Both the position numbers and the translations under genes were made by a program. Below, one piece after another: positions 10,900-22,999 of a DNA stretch of 33,000 nucleotides (the first letter of the stretch is position 1; each line of letters begins with the position of its first letter). The stretch comes from Dicyema japonicum (Eukaryota; Animalia; Dicyemida): assembly GCA_011109175.1 (NCBI GenBank), contig RDEW01000008.1, positions 1,400,447 to 1,433,446 on the forward strand, written 5' to 3'. The notes beneath the pieces were generated by a model. It was not told the origin of the DNA. It searched no databases and saw only the letters and a program-made list of their open reading frames with translations.

Positions 10900-11610
10900 C
10901 TTCTGTTAACATAAGCGCGTCGATGGTGGAATTTGTAAATCGACTTGGGGATCAGATTTCCGCTATTCGAGAGAGTTTAGCTCACTATTGTGAAGGGAAG
11001 CTAAAAATAGCCGATAGACAACAGAGAAGGGTCCAATGTTTCTTTCGATGGGTTTTAAGATTATTTTCACGATCCTCATTATCGTAAATGTATCAGTCAC
11101 CCGATTGTCAGCATGTTTTGCATAATGTTGTATAATCGAGTATAATGTTGTCTGCAAGTTGTAAATATGGTCACAATGATTTTGCAAGAGACAGCCCTAA
11201 ACGTAGTCCTTCCGACTATTGGTTAAGGAATTGGGCATTATCAGAACCATTTGAACGATGACTTCGTAGTCCCTGTCCCATACGGCAACGACTATGCTGT
11301 CCGAATATGAAAGAAAGAGACATTTTTGTCTGTGGGTTGTGGCATGTCGTGTATATAAATTAAACAGTGTTGAGATAGGGGCTTTTCAGTTTAAAGTTGA
11401 TATCCGTTACAAATATCTGTTTCGTTATAGAATTTCTTGAGAGTAAATCAAATGATTTAGTAATAGAATATTACTTAAATATGGCTTAGGCGCGTTGGAT
11501 CCTTCAGAAATAAATTAGGAGAGGACCGTAAAGTGTGTGGAAGTTGAATGGTTTGCTCGGAACCCATGTTAGTTTCTAAGGATTGCACATGTTGTGTCAC
11601 GACTATGGCA
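10900..11610 (-). mobile_element. Second, older fragment of the I-group/Ingi-like LINE RT
   Basis: HGFRANHSTSTH (compare QHGFRKGHSTETH); TLFNLY.HDMPQPTDKNVS.LSYSDSIVVA (degenerate YADD). Left boundary uncertain. Confidence 0.65.
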
Positions 11611-11735
11611 TAAACAAAATGCATTATTTATTTCATAATAATATTCATTTATAAAAAAGAAGTTTTTTTTCATCACTTTTGTAGTAAAAAATATATTGTT
11701 GTGTCTAGTTTCGAGATATTTCACTATTAAATATC

Positions 11736-11945
11736 GCCATGTGGTTTTACGCGGCTAATTGGTTGAAGTTTTCTTCTTTTTGTCTGTTCCTCCTTTTTCC
11801 CTTCTAATTAGAGTGGCGTCATGTGATTCACCTGCCTTGGTAGCGCCCATTGCCAGGCTGGGACAAAAAAAGATCATTTACTCTCCCCCGCTCCACTGGA
11901 AAGGTTTCCACAACTGCAAGTAATGTACGAAGTTAATAAAATAAA
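11736..11945 (+). mobile_element. SINE-like repeat, copy 1 (both ends kept, ~100-bp internal deletion)
   Basis: Aligns by eye to the reverse complement of 14472-14785 from GCCATGTGG to GTAATG.ACG, then jumps to the GTTAATAAA tail. Confidence 0.85.
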
Positions 11946-12619
11946 TTAAAATTAAAAAATTAAATATGAATCATCTTGAATAAATTTCCCGCATATAAAT
12001 TCCAATTTTTAAATATTCGAAAATTTATAAAGATAACATCCGACTGTTTACTCTCGAAGCATCTTGTATCGCATTGATTTACCTTTTGGAACATTGAACC
12101 AATACGACGAAGTAGGTGGTCCGCTTGTAGGCAGGGATTCCCGACGTCTCCACATCGAAAGCGACAAACAAATTGTCTTTTATTTAGTTAAGTAAACTTG
12201 TCATAATTCTGTAAGCTTGATTTATTTATTCCTGGTTTTTTCAGGTAATGAAAACCGGCGACTAAGAGAAAAGTAACTACCAAAACCGGATATCTCCTCT
12301 GATCCGTATTATACATATGCACGGGTTAATTTTTGTTAAAAATTAAAAAGTGGGAAAAATCCCATTTTTAAACTATGAAATAAATAAATAAAAAAATTGA
12401 TTTGGTTGGCTAAAATTTAAAAAGCATATTACTTTTTAAAATAATAAAAATTATCAAATAAAAGTAACATTTTTGCATATCTTATGAATTACTTGACCCT
12501 AGCGGTAACATTTGCACGGGACTGTATATGATGTGGCGTAGAAATCGAAGGTGACCACAACAAGAGGTGACCGTCTTGTGTGATCTACTAAGTAGCTTTC
12601 TTGATGATAGCTACGGGAT

Positions 12620-13311
12620 GAATGTAAAGTTATTGTTCCCAGATTTCTTTAATGAGGTATTGTGACAATGAACCTAACCCTAGACCAACGCCAACATGTC
12701 CGTATATTTAATATAAATAAATTTTTTAGCTTTATTCTGCATGTGATGGAACCTATTAAACAGAGAGAATAAAAGTTTCTATGATTTTATTTATTGAGTA
12801 AGACTGCTACTAAAAACGGTGTTAAAACTAATATTAGATGATCCCCAATGATATCTCCTCCATTGTTTGTCTTAAACAAAAAAGTAGTGATGATTCATCT
12901 TGGTTAGACAATTTAGAAGATGTAAATATTTAATGCTATTCTCTTAAGAGAACTTTATACTATTAACAACCAATTATATGTTATATTAAGTCGGTGGGGA
13001 TAAATAATTAAAACTTAATACATTTTTGTTATTAAAATTAAATTGCACATCAACCATTCTCTCTAAAGAGAACCGAAAATTAAAATTTTTGAATGCGCAA
13101 ACAACAGAAAATGCAATTTGAAAAAATCGAGGGTTTAACATATTTAAACTTATTTCAGCGAAATTTAAATGATGGATTCTTACATTCTGGCTGCATTTTT
13201 GAAAATAACTATTCTGGTAGTCAATGCGATCGTTTATATAATCCATGTACTTTTTATCCATGTTTGTCTGGTGTAAAATGTAATTATTTAAGAATGTACA
13301 ACATACATTGA
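12620..13311 (+). pseudogene. EGF-like-repeat extracellular protein gene, probably disabled, with micro-introns
   Basis: Splicing 13133-13158 (26 nt) joins ECANNRKC..|..GCIFENNYSGSQCDRLYNPCTFYPCLSGVKC, i.e. two EGF-like units. Intron-like GT-AG units also at 12702-12729 and 12922-12948. Start position uncertain. Confidence 0.6.
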
Positions 13312-14471
13312 CATTTAGTCATCATTGACATTGTGTTAACTAAAATTCCTAGTTCTGTTGTAACTGTAATTCAGGCGTTTGTGAAAACGGTCATCAATGT
13401 TAAGGTTTGGTTTGGGATTTTATAATTAAAGGATATCAACGAGTGTCTAATAGTAAATTAAACACGGTATTTGTATTGGGTGGGGAATAGCTAAGGAATG
13501 CAATTTTGTGTGTTTGAGTTAGCCTGAAATCAAGAATCGAGAATGCGAATCTGAGAATACTATGGAATTAGATTACTCTGAGCATTTTTCAAAAAAGATG
13601 TAACCAAAGATTTCGAGGATTTAGGATTTTTATAACGAAATAGAAAATTATGGTTCTAAGAAAGTTGTTATCAAATCGAATGATTTACTTACAAATAATA
13701 ATTGGGGACATAAACTAGGGAAATTGTTAGGGGTACTTTTGATGGTTTTTTGCCGATAGAAATGAGAGAGATTTTAGAAATTCAAAGTAGTAATTTTTTA
13801 TGTTCGTTGATCATCCTTTAATATTTGAATTCAATTTCACCAGGAATATAGTTCAAGGTTTGGAACGACCTCAAGATTTTATACTGAACTTATAAAGGCA
13901 GCAATGGAGCATAGTAAATCCTCTATTATCGAATTTAATATTTAGTTTTTACTTTTAAATTAATATTTTTGTATTTCAAAATCACCGTTAAACCAAAATA
14001 CAAACTAAGTATTTCTTAAAATATATTCCAGGCTCTCTGCTTGATCCTACAAAAGGATCGGGTTGTCTCCTGATCACGTTGGATCAGACCTCTTTCGCTA
14101 TTCCTTAGGATTAGGATCTCCAACTTTTTTAGAACGGGGTGTTTCTCAAGCATCCATAGCCACATTTTGCTTTTCAGCAGGTTGATTTTTTTCTCACATT
14201 TGATTAGCAAATTTCAGGCATGCCGCGAGAAACACATGTGTATAGAAGATTACTCCCAGGATTTTTATATTAAATTTTCTTTTTATTTGTAGGAGAAAAA
14301 TATAAATATTAGAAAATAAAATATCCATACTCCGAGGGAACTCGTTTGCAATCCACGCAGCAGGCTTCCTCAACTGACATTTGTTTAATTGTTAAAAAAA
14401 TTTTTCTTTCTTAAAAAAAAGAAAATAAAATAAATTAATTTTGATGCTGGAAAGTGACTACTACCCTACCC

Positions 14472-14785
14472 TTATTTATTTATTAACCCCGGATCCACCG
14501 AGAAAGAAGTTAAAGTAAATAACTAATTAAGTGTATCCAGTTTCCATTTCTACAGAAACAGAATCCAACCGGAATCAGCATAAAAGGTAGGACGTCCATT
14601 ACATGCAGTTGTGGAAACCCCTCCAGTGGAGTGGGGGAGAGCAAATAATCCTTTTTTGTGCCGGCCTGGCACTGGGCGCCACCTAGACTGGTGGATCACA
14701 TGACGCTACTCTAATAAGAAGAGAGAGGAGGAATAGACAAGCAAGCATAAAACTGTAACAAATTAACCACGCAGCACCACATGGC
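14472..14785 (-). mobile_element. SINE-like repeat, copy 2 (longest, ~314 bp, (AATA)n tail), containing the pseudoknot module at 14645-14707
   Basis: Homologous to 11736-11945 and 20106-20304; no long ORF; ends GGGGTTAATAAATAAATAA. Confidence 0.85.
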
Positions 14786-14939
14786 TTATGAGAACCTTAC
14801 TTTTATCTCATATGCGTCTGCTTCTTGGGGTTCGTTTATCTCTTGGTCAAATTCCATAAAAATCGAAGATAGCCAAAAAAAGGCTTCCAAAATTAATTAC
14901 GTTTGAAACACGACTCTGATGTGTGATATATTCATACAT

Positions 14940-15235
14940 TCTGTTACTAACATTAAATGGTTTTTTTATTAACGAAAGAGTCAGGAGTTATTTGGAGGGA
15001 TATTACATCTGAGTCCTACCCCAAGGCTTAGACTCTACATCTGGACCCTGCCTCCTATATTTATTCTCTTTAAAGGTTCTCTCAGTTTTCAGTTTGTGTC
15101 CTGGATTTTTGATTTTCTCCTGAAACCGTGAGAGCTTAATCGCACCTCTCCTTGTTTTCTCTAAGAGCGATAATATTTTATCAGAGATAAGAACAATCCC
15201 TTGCACCAATACAGTAGACTAGGGAGTATAACACC
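14940..15235 (-). mobile_element. LINE 3' end fragment, same family as 23400-24340
   Basis: Shared blocks GGTGCAA.GGAT, ACAAGGAGAG, ACGGTTTCAG, AAAACTGAGAGAA, TAAGCCTT..GGTA.GACTCAGATGTAATA. Confidence 0.75.
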
Positions 15236-15399
15236 TTTGAATACAAAATATTATATTACAGTTGGATGGTCGAAGTGATGATGCATAGCACGTGGTTTAC
15301 CTTATGTAGTGGCTTATTATTATAATTAATAACCCCAGGCTTATCATTGTCAGCACAGCACAAACAATCATAACTAACTAATTCAAGGAAAGAACCAAA

Positions 15400-15930
15400 G
15401 GGACATTTTACTTCCAAGCATCCGGACAATTCCGAAAAATCTGTGGATTATTTTATCCATTTGAAAAAACAACACAAGTATTATTTTGTTTTTACTATGA
15501 GTCGTAGATCTAGTCAAATGATGTTCAGTGAAACTTTTGTAAACACACAGGAATCATTGAAATGTTCATACCTGATGTCAGAATTGATAGCAAAACAACT
15601 AAAACCTCACACTATTGGCGAAAACTTGATAATCCCTGTTTGTCGTATTATTGCTCAGACTATGTTTGGTCATAAATATGAACAAAAAATAATGAAGATA
15701 CCTTTGTCAGATAACACTGTTTCTCGTCGGATTTGTGCTTTGTCGATGAATATTGAAAATAATGTCTCATTTTCTATTAAAAAATCTCGATGATATATGC
15801 AAAAATAATAATAATTAAGATTCTATTTTTTATTAATAAAAATTTGGGCATTAAACTACCAATTTTTGTACTTAGTTTTACACATCTTAAAAATTTAATT
15901 TTTTATATTTTAATGTGTGCCGTGGATTTT
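15400..15930 (+). mobile_element. hAT Buster/Charlie-type (SCAND3/ZBED5-like) transposase fragment
   Basis: SYLMSELIAKQLKPHTIGENLIIP..IPLSDNTVSRRI. Confidence 0.88.
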
Positions 15931-18149
15931 TTTTACGATTCTGTTCTAGAATTATTTTTTAAAATCTGTTTAGAGTTTTATATTCATGTTTTGTTGTTAG
16001 TTTTTTTTTTTAGTTTTTTAAAAAATGTTTGAGATGATAAATAGGAAAATTTATATTAAAATCATCAAATGAGGTATCGTTTGATAATTTATGAGATGAG
16101 ATTTGTGGCTTTAATGAGCCATTATTATCTAAAAATAAATTATACTGAATTCAGATGATTTATAACAAAAATCGATTTCCCATTTAAATCCGCCGACTTT
16201 GGAGAGGTTGTGACATTTTTTAAAATTGTATTCAAACTCAGATGACTAATTCACTTGCTGACTTATATATTAGAATTTTACCCAAATTTTATCAAAAGTG
16301 AGGTGTAGTGACCTCAAATGTACATAATGTGCCAGATTCGAAAATGAACTGTTTAACGGTTTCGGGGTTTCGGCCATTTCCGAGGCTGATTCTGGGTAAG
16401 TTGCCGTCAGTACATGGTTGGAGGGCTATCCACACAGGTAGCATTTCAGATGAGGTATCGGCCACCGTTCCATGAGAAGAGAGTTGTTGTAGGGTATTTT
16501 GATGTTGAAACAAGTCCGGAAACCCAACTGAAGAATTCAGGGACTTTTAGTCTCCCTGCAATAACTCATATTCTCACGTTACTGGCAGATGCTCGCGTGA
16601 GATAAACCGTGTGCCCATTTTCATGACAAGAGGCTCGAAATGGATTAGATCCGTCACAAAGCAGTACAACTTCCGTAGAGTTTTGAAGACTGCGGATTAT
16701 AAGTTTTTGTTCTTCTTCATGTTCGTTTCAGCTAAATTAGTTCTCCATGAGTTGCAGCCTTATTTGGTGGTTGGTTCCATTACTTGAATAAAGAACGCAG
16801 CATGGAGCTGAATGATTTAGTTTCCGTAAAGTGCCTTAGCAAATGTCACTTTTTGTTGGGACTAAATACCATTATTTACATACTCCAAAGTAACTCCCGT
16901 ACATGGGATTTGCTGGTCATTGAAAATCAGAGATTACGTGAGTGGACAGCCTTCTAGTGAGGTTAATATTACATACGGGATTTCTCGCGCTTTTGGACGA
17001 TGAGTTTGACTCTAGCTATCTGCTCAGGTGATCGAACGGGTCTAACAGATGAAGACTTTCAGGACACATTGGTCTCTAGATGCAAGGACTGTGTCATCCA
17101 AGAATGTCAGAATCATTCTTCCATCTTAGATCTCTGTTGAAATAAACACATCACACGTCAATCTCATTCTTAGCTCGAAAATAAAAAATGCTAATGGGGG
17201 ACGGACTTGAACTTGGATTTTCAAGTTGGTGATATAACAAATGTGAATTGGCGGAGGTCATTTCAATATTCGAACTGAAGTTACCTCGTATGATCGACGT
17301 GAAAAAATTTTTCTTCATTTATTTAAAGACCAGGAATCACCACTATTTATTAGGAGAAGGAAATGACCATTAAAGGATCTTGACCTTGTGAGTGTCCTCC
17401 TCGTCTTTGCCGTGAAATGCATGTGTTCTCATCGGCTTCTGTTCCTGGCAGTTAAGATCAGAACTGGTGACTGCTTTTCCCTGAAAAATGAAAATTTGAT
17501 GGATTCCAGTATTTTTAATCAAAAATGTGAAAATAGCATCGAATAATTCAACAACTTTTGATAGAGCTCTTCCATAGAAAGCAATCAAAAGACTGAAAGG
17601 GTGTGATAAACTAACAAGATCCACGTTTCTTCGCATATATTCCGTGATTCATTAGATCCTCCGTCATTGCAGAGAGCCAACCTGATTAACCGAATATTTC
17701 ACGATCACGTGACCAAAAAAGGAGCCAAATGATAAATCATCCAGATAGTTAAAGACCAAAAAATCTTTAGAAAAAAGCCAAATGATAAATTAAAATTATA
17801 TTCGTTGATTCATTAAACTGGAGGCGGAAGGTCTGTTAGATTTACTGCCTTGATATCTTTTTATCAAAAAGAGTGGTCTTAAATTTAGATGCAGGATCCA
17901 CAAGCCACCACACAAGAGTAAGATACCTTGTTCTTCCAATTATAAAGGCGACCTTCAGAGGACTTTATGTAAAAACAGAGGACCGAACAGATTTTTCACC
18001 GTAGTCATAATTGTTGTCCAAGGTTAGGCTAAATCTCGTTCAAATTATAAAAACTTAATTCTTAAAAAAAGTAAATATTTAGGAGAATAAAATTCATAAT
18101 ACAACATTAAAGTTTCAACAGGGCCACAATCTCGATTCTGACTGACAAA

Positions 18150-18950
18150 TGACTCAAGAACCACCATGTTTTCACAACTTCCCATGTTTTACCAACTTGC
18201 CAGGCTCCACTCTTTTTCGTCGATGCAAAAGCCAGACGATGCTGATCAAGCACAGGTTTTATCTCTTCTATGATTTTTAAGCATAAAAGCTTGTCCCATT
18301 TTCGTTGTTTATTAGCGTTCTTTGTGAATCCAGCACCGAATCGCGTCCAGACTTCCCGAGCAAAGCCTACAACTGGTTCAGCGTTCGATCCGTTCATATA
18401 GCGTAGGATCTGGCGTGTGAGACCACTGGAAGCATATGTCGAAGATAGGAAGACCGGTAGGGCGAGTTCTAGTGTAGAGCGTATTTCGATTCCTCCGTAG
18501 CGAAGAGGTAGTTTGCATTGGATCCGGCCAATTTTATCAAATGAAATGTTGAGCGTATCTTCAACGGCAGTCCTCAGCTTCTCGTCGATGGTTCTCAAAA
18601 AGTTCATGTCCGTGAAACATGGGGCTGCCAGTAGAAAAAATCTTCATAGCTTTTTACTGAGATCTTTTTAGCTTTCCGGAAGTTCGAGATCTTCAAGAGA
18701 GTGTGGTCTGTATGTGGCAGTGTAAAGTTTGGCTGAGCTATTTTTTCCCGCCTGGGGGCCTCCATTCCAATATAAAAAAGACACAGTCAACTCGACAGTG
18801 TATTGGCACAAGCTTTACTCATTTCAATGCATCCCAAATAGACGAATGATTCACATAGTGTGCAGTTGATTCCAAATTTCCTTTCATTCGATTGTCCGAA
18901 TAAAAGACATACCTGATTTGTCCGTACTAGCTTTGTTCCTCGTATTTCGT
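18150..18950 (-). mobile_element. Internally deleted CRE-clade non-LTR element (Cys-rich N-terminus + post-RT region)
   Basis: APCF..IDEKLR..LPLRYGGIEIRSTLELALPVFLSS..QRKWD..SGAW; PHD-like INCTLCESFVYLGC upstream. Confidence 0.75.
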
Positions 18951-19314
18951 CTTCTTTTTGTTCTTTATTTTCCAATAAATAAAAAAATAAATAAATCTGA
19001 GATTATCGTTGATCACACCACACCACCTGTTAATTTTAAATATATCAATTTATTTTTTATTATATTATATTATTTGCAGTTTTCCAGATATGGCAATGAT
19101 AAAGAGATAAGATTATCATTGTTAATTATTGATTTTTACAATGGAGGAGTTATGATTACAGGCACTAATACTGCCATACTAAAACCTAGAAAAAGTGTCT
19201 TTAAGACCCGAGAACTACTATGTTAGATGTCATAATCTTGGAGAATCTTTATAGCTAAAGTTCTGTCTAACCTTTCCTGGCCGATCTCTCGACTCTGGAA
19301 TCTTATAATAATTT

Positions 19315-20060
19315 TTACCTTTTTATACAGATATGGCGATTGTTTGGCTCGAGAGAACGAGACATCCACAAGGCCTCAGAATAATACAAGCTGATATGGA
19401 ACGATTTAATGCTTGGATAACAGAAAACCGGATCATGATGAATGGTGAGAAGTCTTCTACTTATCATTTTACTTCTGACAAGATAAGGAGGGAAGAAAGA
19501 AACCTTGAAGTTAAACAAGGTCGACATACCTTTGTGAAAGAGTGGTACTCAACAGGTTCTGATAAACGTGTATACACATCACATCGAGTCATGTTTTTCA
19601 TATGCTTAAGCCATTGGAGATCACCACAGATATGAGGAAAATCGTTGATATACAAAGAGGACTTTCACAGTAACGGAGAGATGGATTTGTGAAGATCATC
19701 GAACCGAATTAACGTCTCTGAGGCCCTTATGAAACTAGACTCATGATTGCGGTTCCATAAATACTGTGAGCTATCCTTTACGATTATGCTAGGACACGAG
19801 AGAGGAACACATTTCCATGTACTTTTTAATGAATATGGATACAAAGCCATCCTACTATATAACATCTGGCGAAATTACTACGATATATCTGGGAAACAGA
19901 TCGAATGTTTGCAAGGCAGACTCTTCCTTTCTGTCCTATAAAAATTAGACGACCAGATTTTAAATTTCCGTCTAAAGTTTTCGAAGTAAAATCGTCTAGA
20001 CTTGTAAGAAAGCCAATGCGAGTAAATTCTCTCAGATAGAAAACTCGTAGTCGACCAATC
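19315..20060 (+). mobile_element. CR1/L2-like RT remnant containing an inverted internal segment
   Basis: Plus strand: FYTDMAIV..IQADMERFNAWITENRIMMNGEKS and IECLQGR. Minus strand ~19590-19700: LYINDFP. Confidence 0.6.
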
Positions 20061-20105
20061 AATTTTTGTTTAAAATTTTAGGGATGATAAGTCTATCGTT
20101 GAGAA

Positions 20106-20304
20106 CCAGGCCGGCACGAAAATCATCATTTGCTCTCCCACACTCCACTGGAGGGGTGTCAACAACTCCAAGATGGATGTCTTTTAACCTTTATATTGAT
20201 TCCAAGTGGACTCTGTTTTTTTAGACGTAGAAATTAAATGCACTTAATTATTTGTTTACCATAACTTCTTTCTATGTGTATCCAGGTTTAATAAATAAAT
20301 AAAT
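20106..20304 (+). mobile_element. SINE-like repeat, copy 3 (5'-truncated)
   Basis: CCAGGCCGGCACGAAA..TTTGCTCTCCC.CACTCCACTGGAGGGG..ATCCAGGTTTAATAAATAAATAAAT. Confidence 0.85.
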
Positions 20305-20476
20305 TAATGATATTTTAATAAATTGACCACTCAATATGAATTAACTTTACCGCCAATTAATATAATTCTAAATTATAAAAATAACAACACTGTAATGTGT
20401 TTGAAACTTTTCAGCATAATAATGGATCTCTTTCATATTGGATAGTAAACAGATATTCTCTATTTTCATAACAATG

Positions 20477-22397
20477 TTATGAGAATATAAACGTGTCAAT
20501 AAATTCATGTGCTATTATAAAAATAAGTATTAACGATATATCAATGCAATATTAGCGCATTCCCACACAGCCCAGAGCCAAATTCGTTCATCTGTGATCG
20601 CATTCAATAAATTTATCGTTGGCTTCATTGACCTTAATATAGAAAATTAAAAATAATACATATCGAAATCAAAGTCGTACTTAAAATCATGATATTTAAT
20701 AAACTGAAATATTTTTTCTAGAATGGGTTCGTATGGATTCAAATCGCTAAAATCTGAATTCATAAAAATAGGGAAAATATTATTTGGATCAATTAATATC
20801 TGGCATGGACAACTTAAAATAGAATATCCGAAATAATTAGATATTCAGCGTAGTCCATGTCTTTTCAATAAAACAAAATTTTACAATATAAAATTTATTA
20901 GACCATACGCTGATATTAAATATCTGGTGTTTAAGCCTATAGCTATATTCTCGACAATTTTAATTACGGGAACTAATATATATTTGTGATAACATTGAGA
21001 TACAGAATATCTTTCGAAAAAATAATAAATATAATGAATTCCATTATAATCGAGAAACAAATTCATATTCTTTTCATTTTCGTCTAAATAAAATATATTT
21101 TAAATACTTATAAGAAAATTCAACAATTGAAATTTGCCTGTAATTCTTTGATCACCTGATTTAAAATGCTCAACACATAACTAAAATTATATTGTCATAT
21201 GAACTTCGACAAGTCTTTCAGAATAGGAAATATAGGCTAGAAGGTCTGTACTCTTATTTTTTATGATTAATTTAATTTCATGTGAATTACAGGTATACCA
21301 GCATTCAAGATTAATCAATATAATTGATAGTGCAGGTAACTACAATAAGAATTAACTAACAAAAGATATCTCTCTGCTGTTTAATTTTTAGTAAATGCTT
21401 AATACAAGCGTATAAATCATATGAACAAATCGAATAATTCTTTTTCATTGGATATAATATCAAGAAAATATCTAAAATAAAGCTATGGATGAATTCTACT
21501 AATACCAACTAGTGCCATATGAAATAGAATTTTGTCTGATTATTTTGAATATAAAACTCTTGAAAAATCTATTAACATACATGTACCGACAAATCAACTA
21601 AATTTATATTTTAAAATACTTTCAAAAATGGTTTTACTAATTTATTTCCAATTTCCATATCACTATGAATAATCTTTCGAATAACATAGGACAAAAGTTT
21701 TAATTTATTGTGCAAGTGTTGGGTAAACGAGACTAGGTTATTTAAAGTTGATTGCAGATTAATCTATATTCTTTCATAAAATATACAGAATTGCTTGTAT
21801 TTTTACTGAAATGTAAAACTTTACTATGGTGAAATTTTACAAATCCTTTTTTTCTTATTCGTCTAAATTTATTAAAATCATAACTTTGATAACTTTTTTA
21901 GTACTTTTCCTTTAATAAAATATCCAGATAAATTTACGCAAGTTAGATTATTGGCTTTTTTGAATATAGAAAAGAAATTATAGTCAGATCCTTTCAATTT
22001 CCCATCACTTGTATGAATGAAATATCTAAATTTAATATAAATAAACCTTAAAGAGTCTGGATTGTTAAAGCTTTCTGTAAATTCCTCAAAATCAGTAATA
22101 AAGACATTGTAAAAATTTATGCGTTCCAGTTTTTCGATTATTTTTAGTGTATTTCTATAAATAGTCGTACCAATATTGAGTCCAAGCAGGTTGAGAATCC
22201 TTATTTTTCTAAATCCAGTCATAAATAGCTGATGTAGCAAATCTGGGTCATCATACTTTAATAGTGTGAATGATTTGATCTCATTCGAAAAAAATGGAAA
22301 AAAAAGATTTTTTCTAATGAAATAATCCTTCTTATTGTAATATTTGTTAAGTTTGGATAAAATTGAATCATCTTAACAATGTCTATAACTTCAATAT
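20477..22397 (-). pseudogene. ZYG11/ZER1-family (LRR + ARM, CUL2 substrate receptor)-like gene, probably disabled; 5' end lost at N 22398
   Basis: LRR-like IRILNLLGLNI and NLTCVNLSG. After splicing 21340-21360, 21181-21204, 21084-21107, 20633-20659 and 20512-20534: LNFLINENEKNMNLFLDYNGI..VIKIVENIAIGLNTRYLI and SMKPTINLL..WLWAVWECANIALIYP. These match recalled ZER1 motifs (TDETPDNCEMFLNFNGM; LGNVAEV; SFEPILRLL..HWATWALYNL..YP). In-frame stops and frameshifts are present. Confidence 0.7.
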
Positions 22398-22398
22398 N

Positions 22399-22834
22399 TA
22401 ATAATACACAATGACAACATATCTGTTAGTGCTACTCAGTAATAATGACATTGCTCGTGGAATAATGCCAGACAGTTTGGCATCATCGATTATGCCTTCC
22501 ATTGTAAATGTCTTTCCTGAGCCTGTTTGGCCATATCTAAAATATATTGAATGGTTATAACGTGAATATCGTACATGAGTGACCAGATAGCATTTTATTG
22601 ATGGTGGGTTTAGCAATTGAAGTAAAGATATCTTCTTGACTAGAATTCTCATCAAAGACTCTAGAAAAATGGTATGTCTTCACTGATGATTCGTGGGAGA
22701 CTTTGAGAGAACTCACATTTGTTGCTATGCAACTTTCGGTTTCTGTAGAATTAAGTGGCCTGTGTGATTAATTATAATATACGAAACCTTATTCTCACAA
22801 AGGCATCAATATTCTTTATATTAATAGTAGACAT
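22399..22834 (-). CDS. Kinesin motor protein, N-terminal part (kinesin-5-like, tentative); truncated at N
   Basis: With introns 22760-22787 (28 nt) and 22537-22561 (25 nt) removed: [70 protein letters not shown]. Contains the P-loop and no disablements. Confidence 0.92.
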
Positions 22835-22999
22835 AAACCACAGAATAAGCGCCAATATGTAATTATTTAAATTAAAATATAAAAATTTTTAACAAATATA
22901 TTATGAAAATACATTATGGATGGATCCCTTTGAAAATGTGACTGCTTAAATAATAATTCTGTGAAACGATTAATTAAAACGTGGCGTCATGTGGTCTAC

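Noticed and set aside
12511-12526. Tc1-like TIR end (TTTGCACGGGACTG-TA); also hAT-like GGTCACCCTA near 27617
   Set aside because: No partner TIR or transposase found in the window.
14745-14785. SINE 5' end as a spliced-leader RNA or tRNA A-box
   Set aside because: No B-box, no conserved splice donor plus Sm site, and poor conservation between copies.
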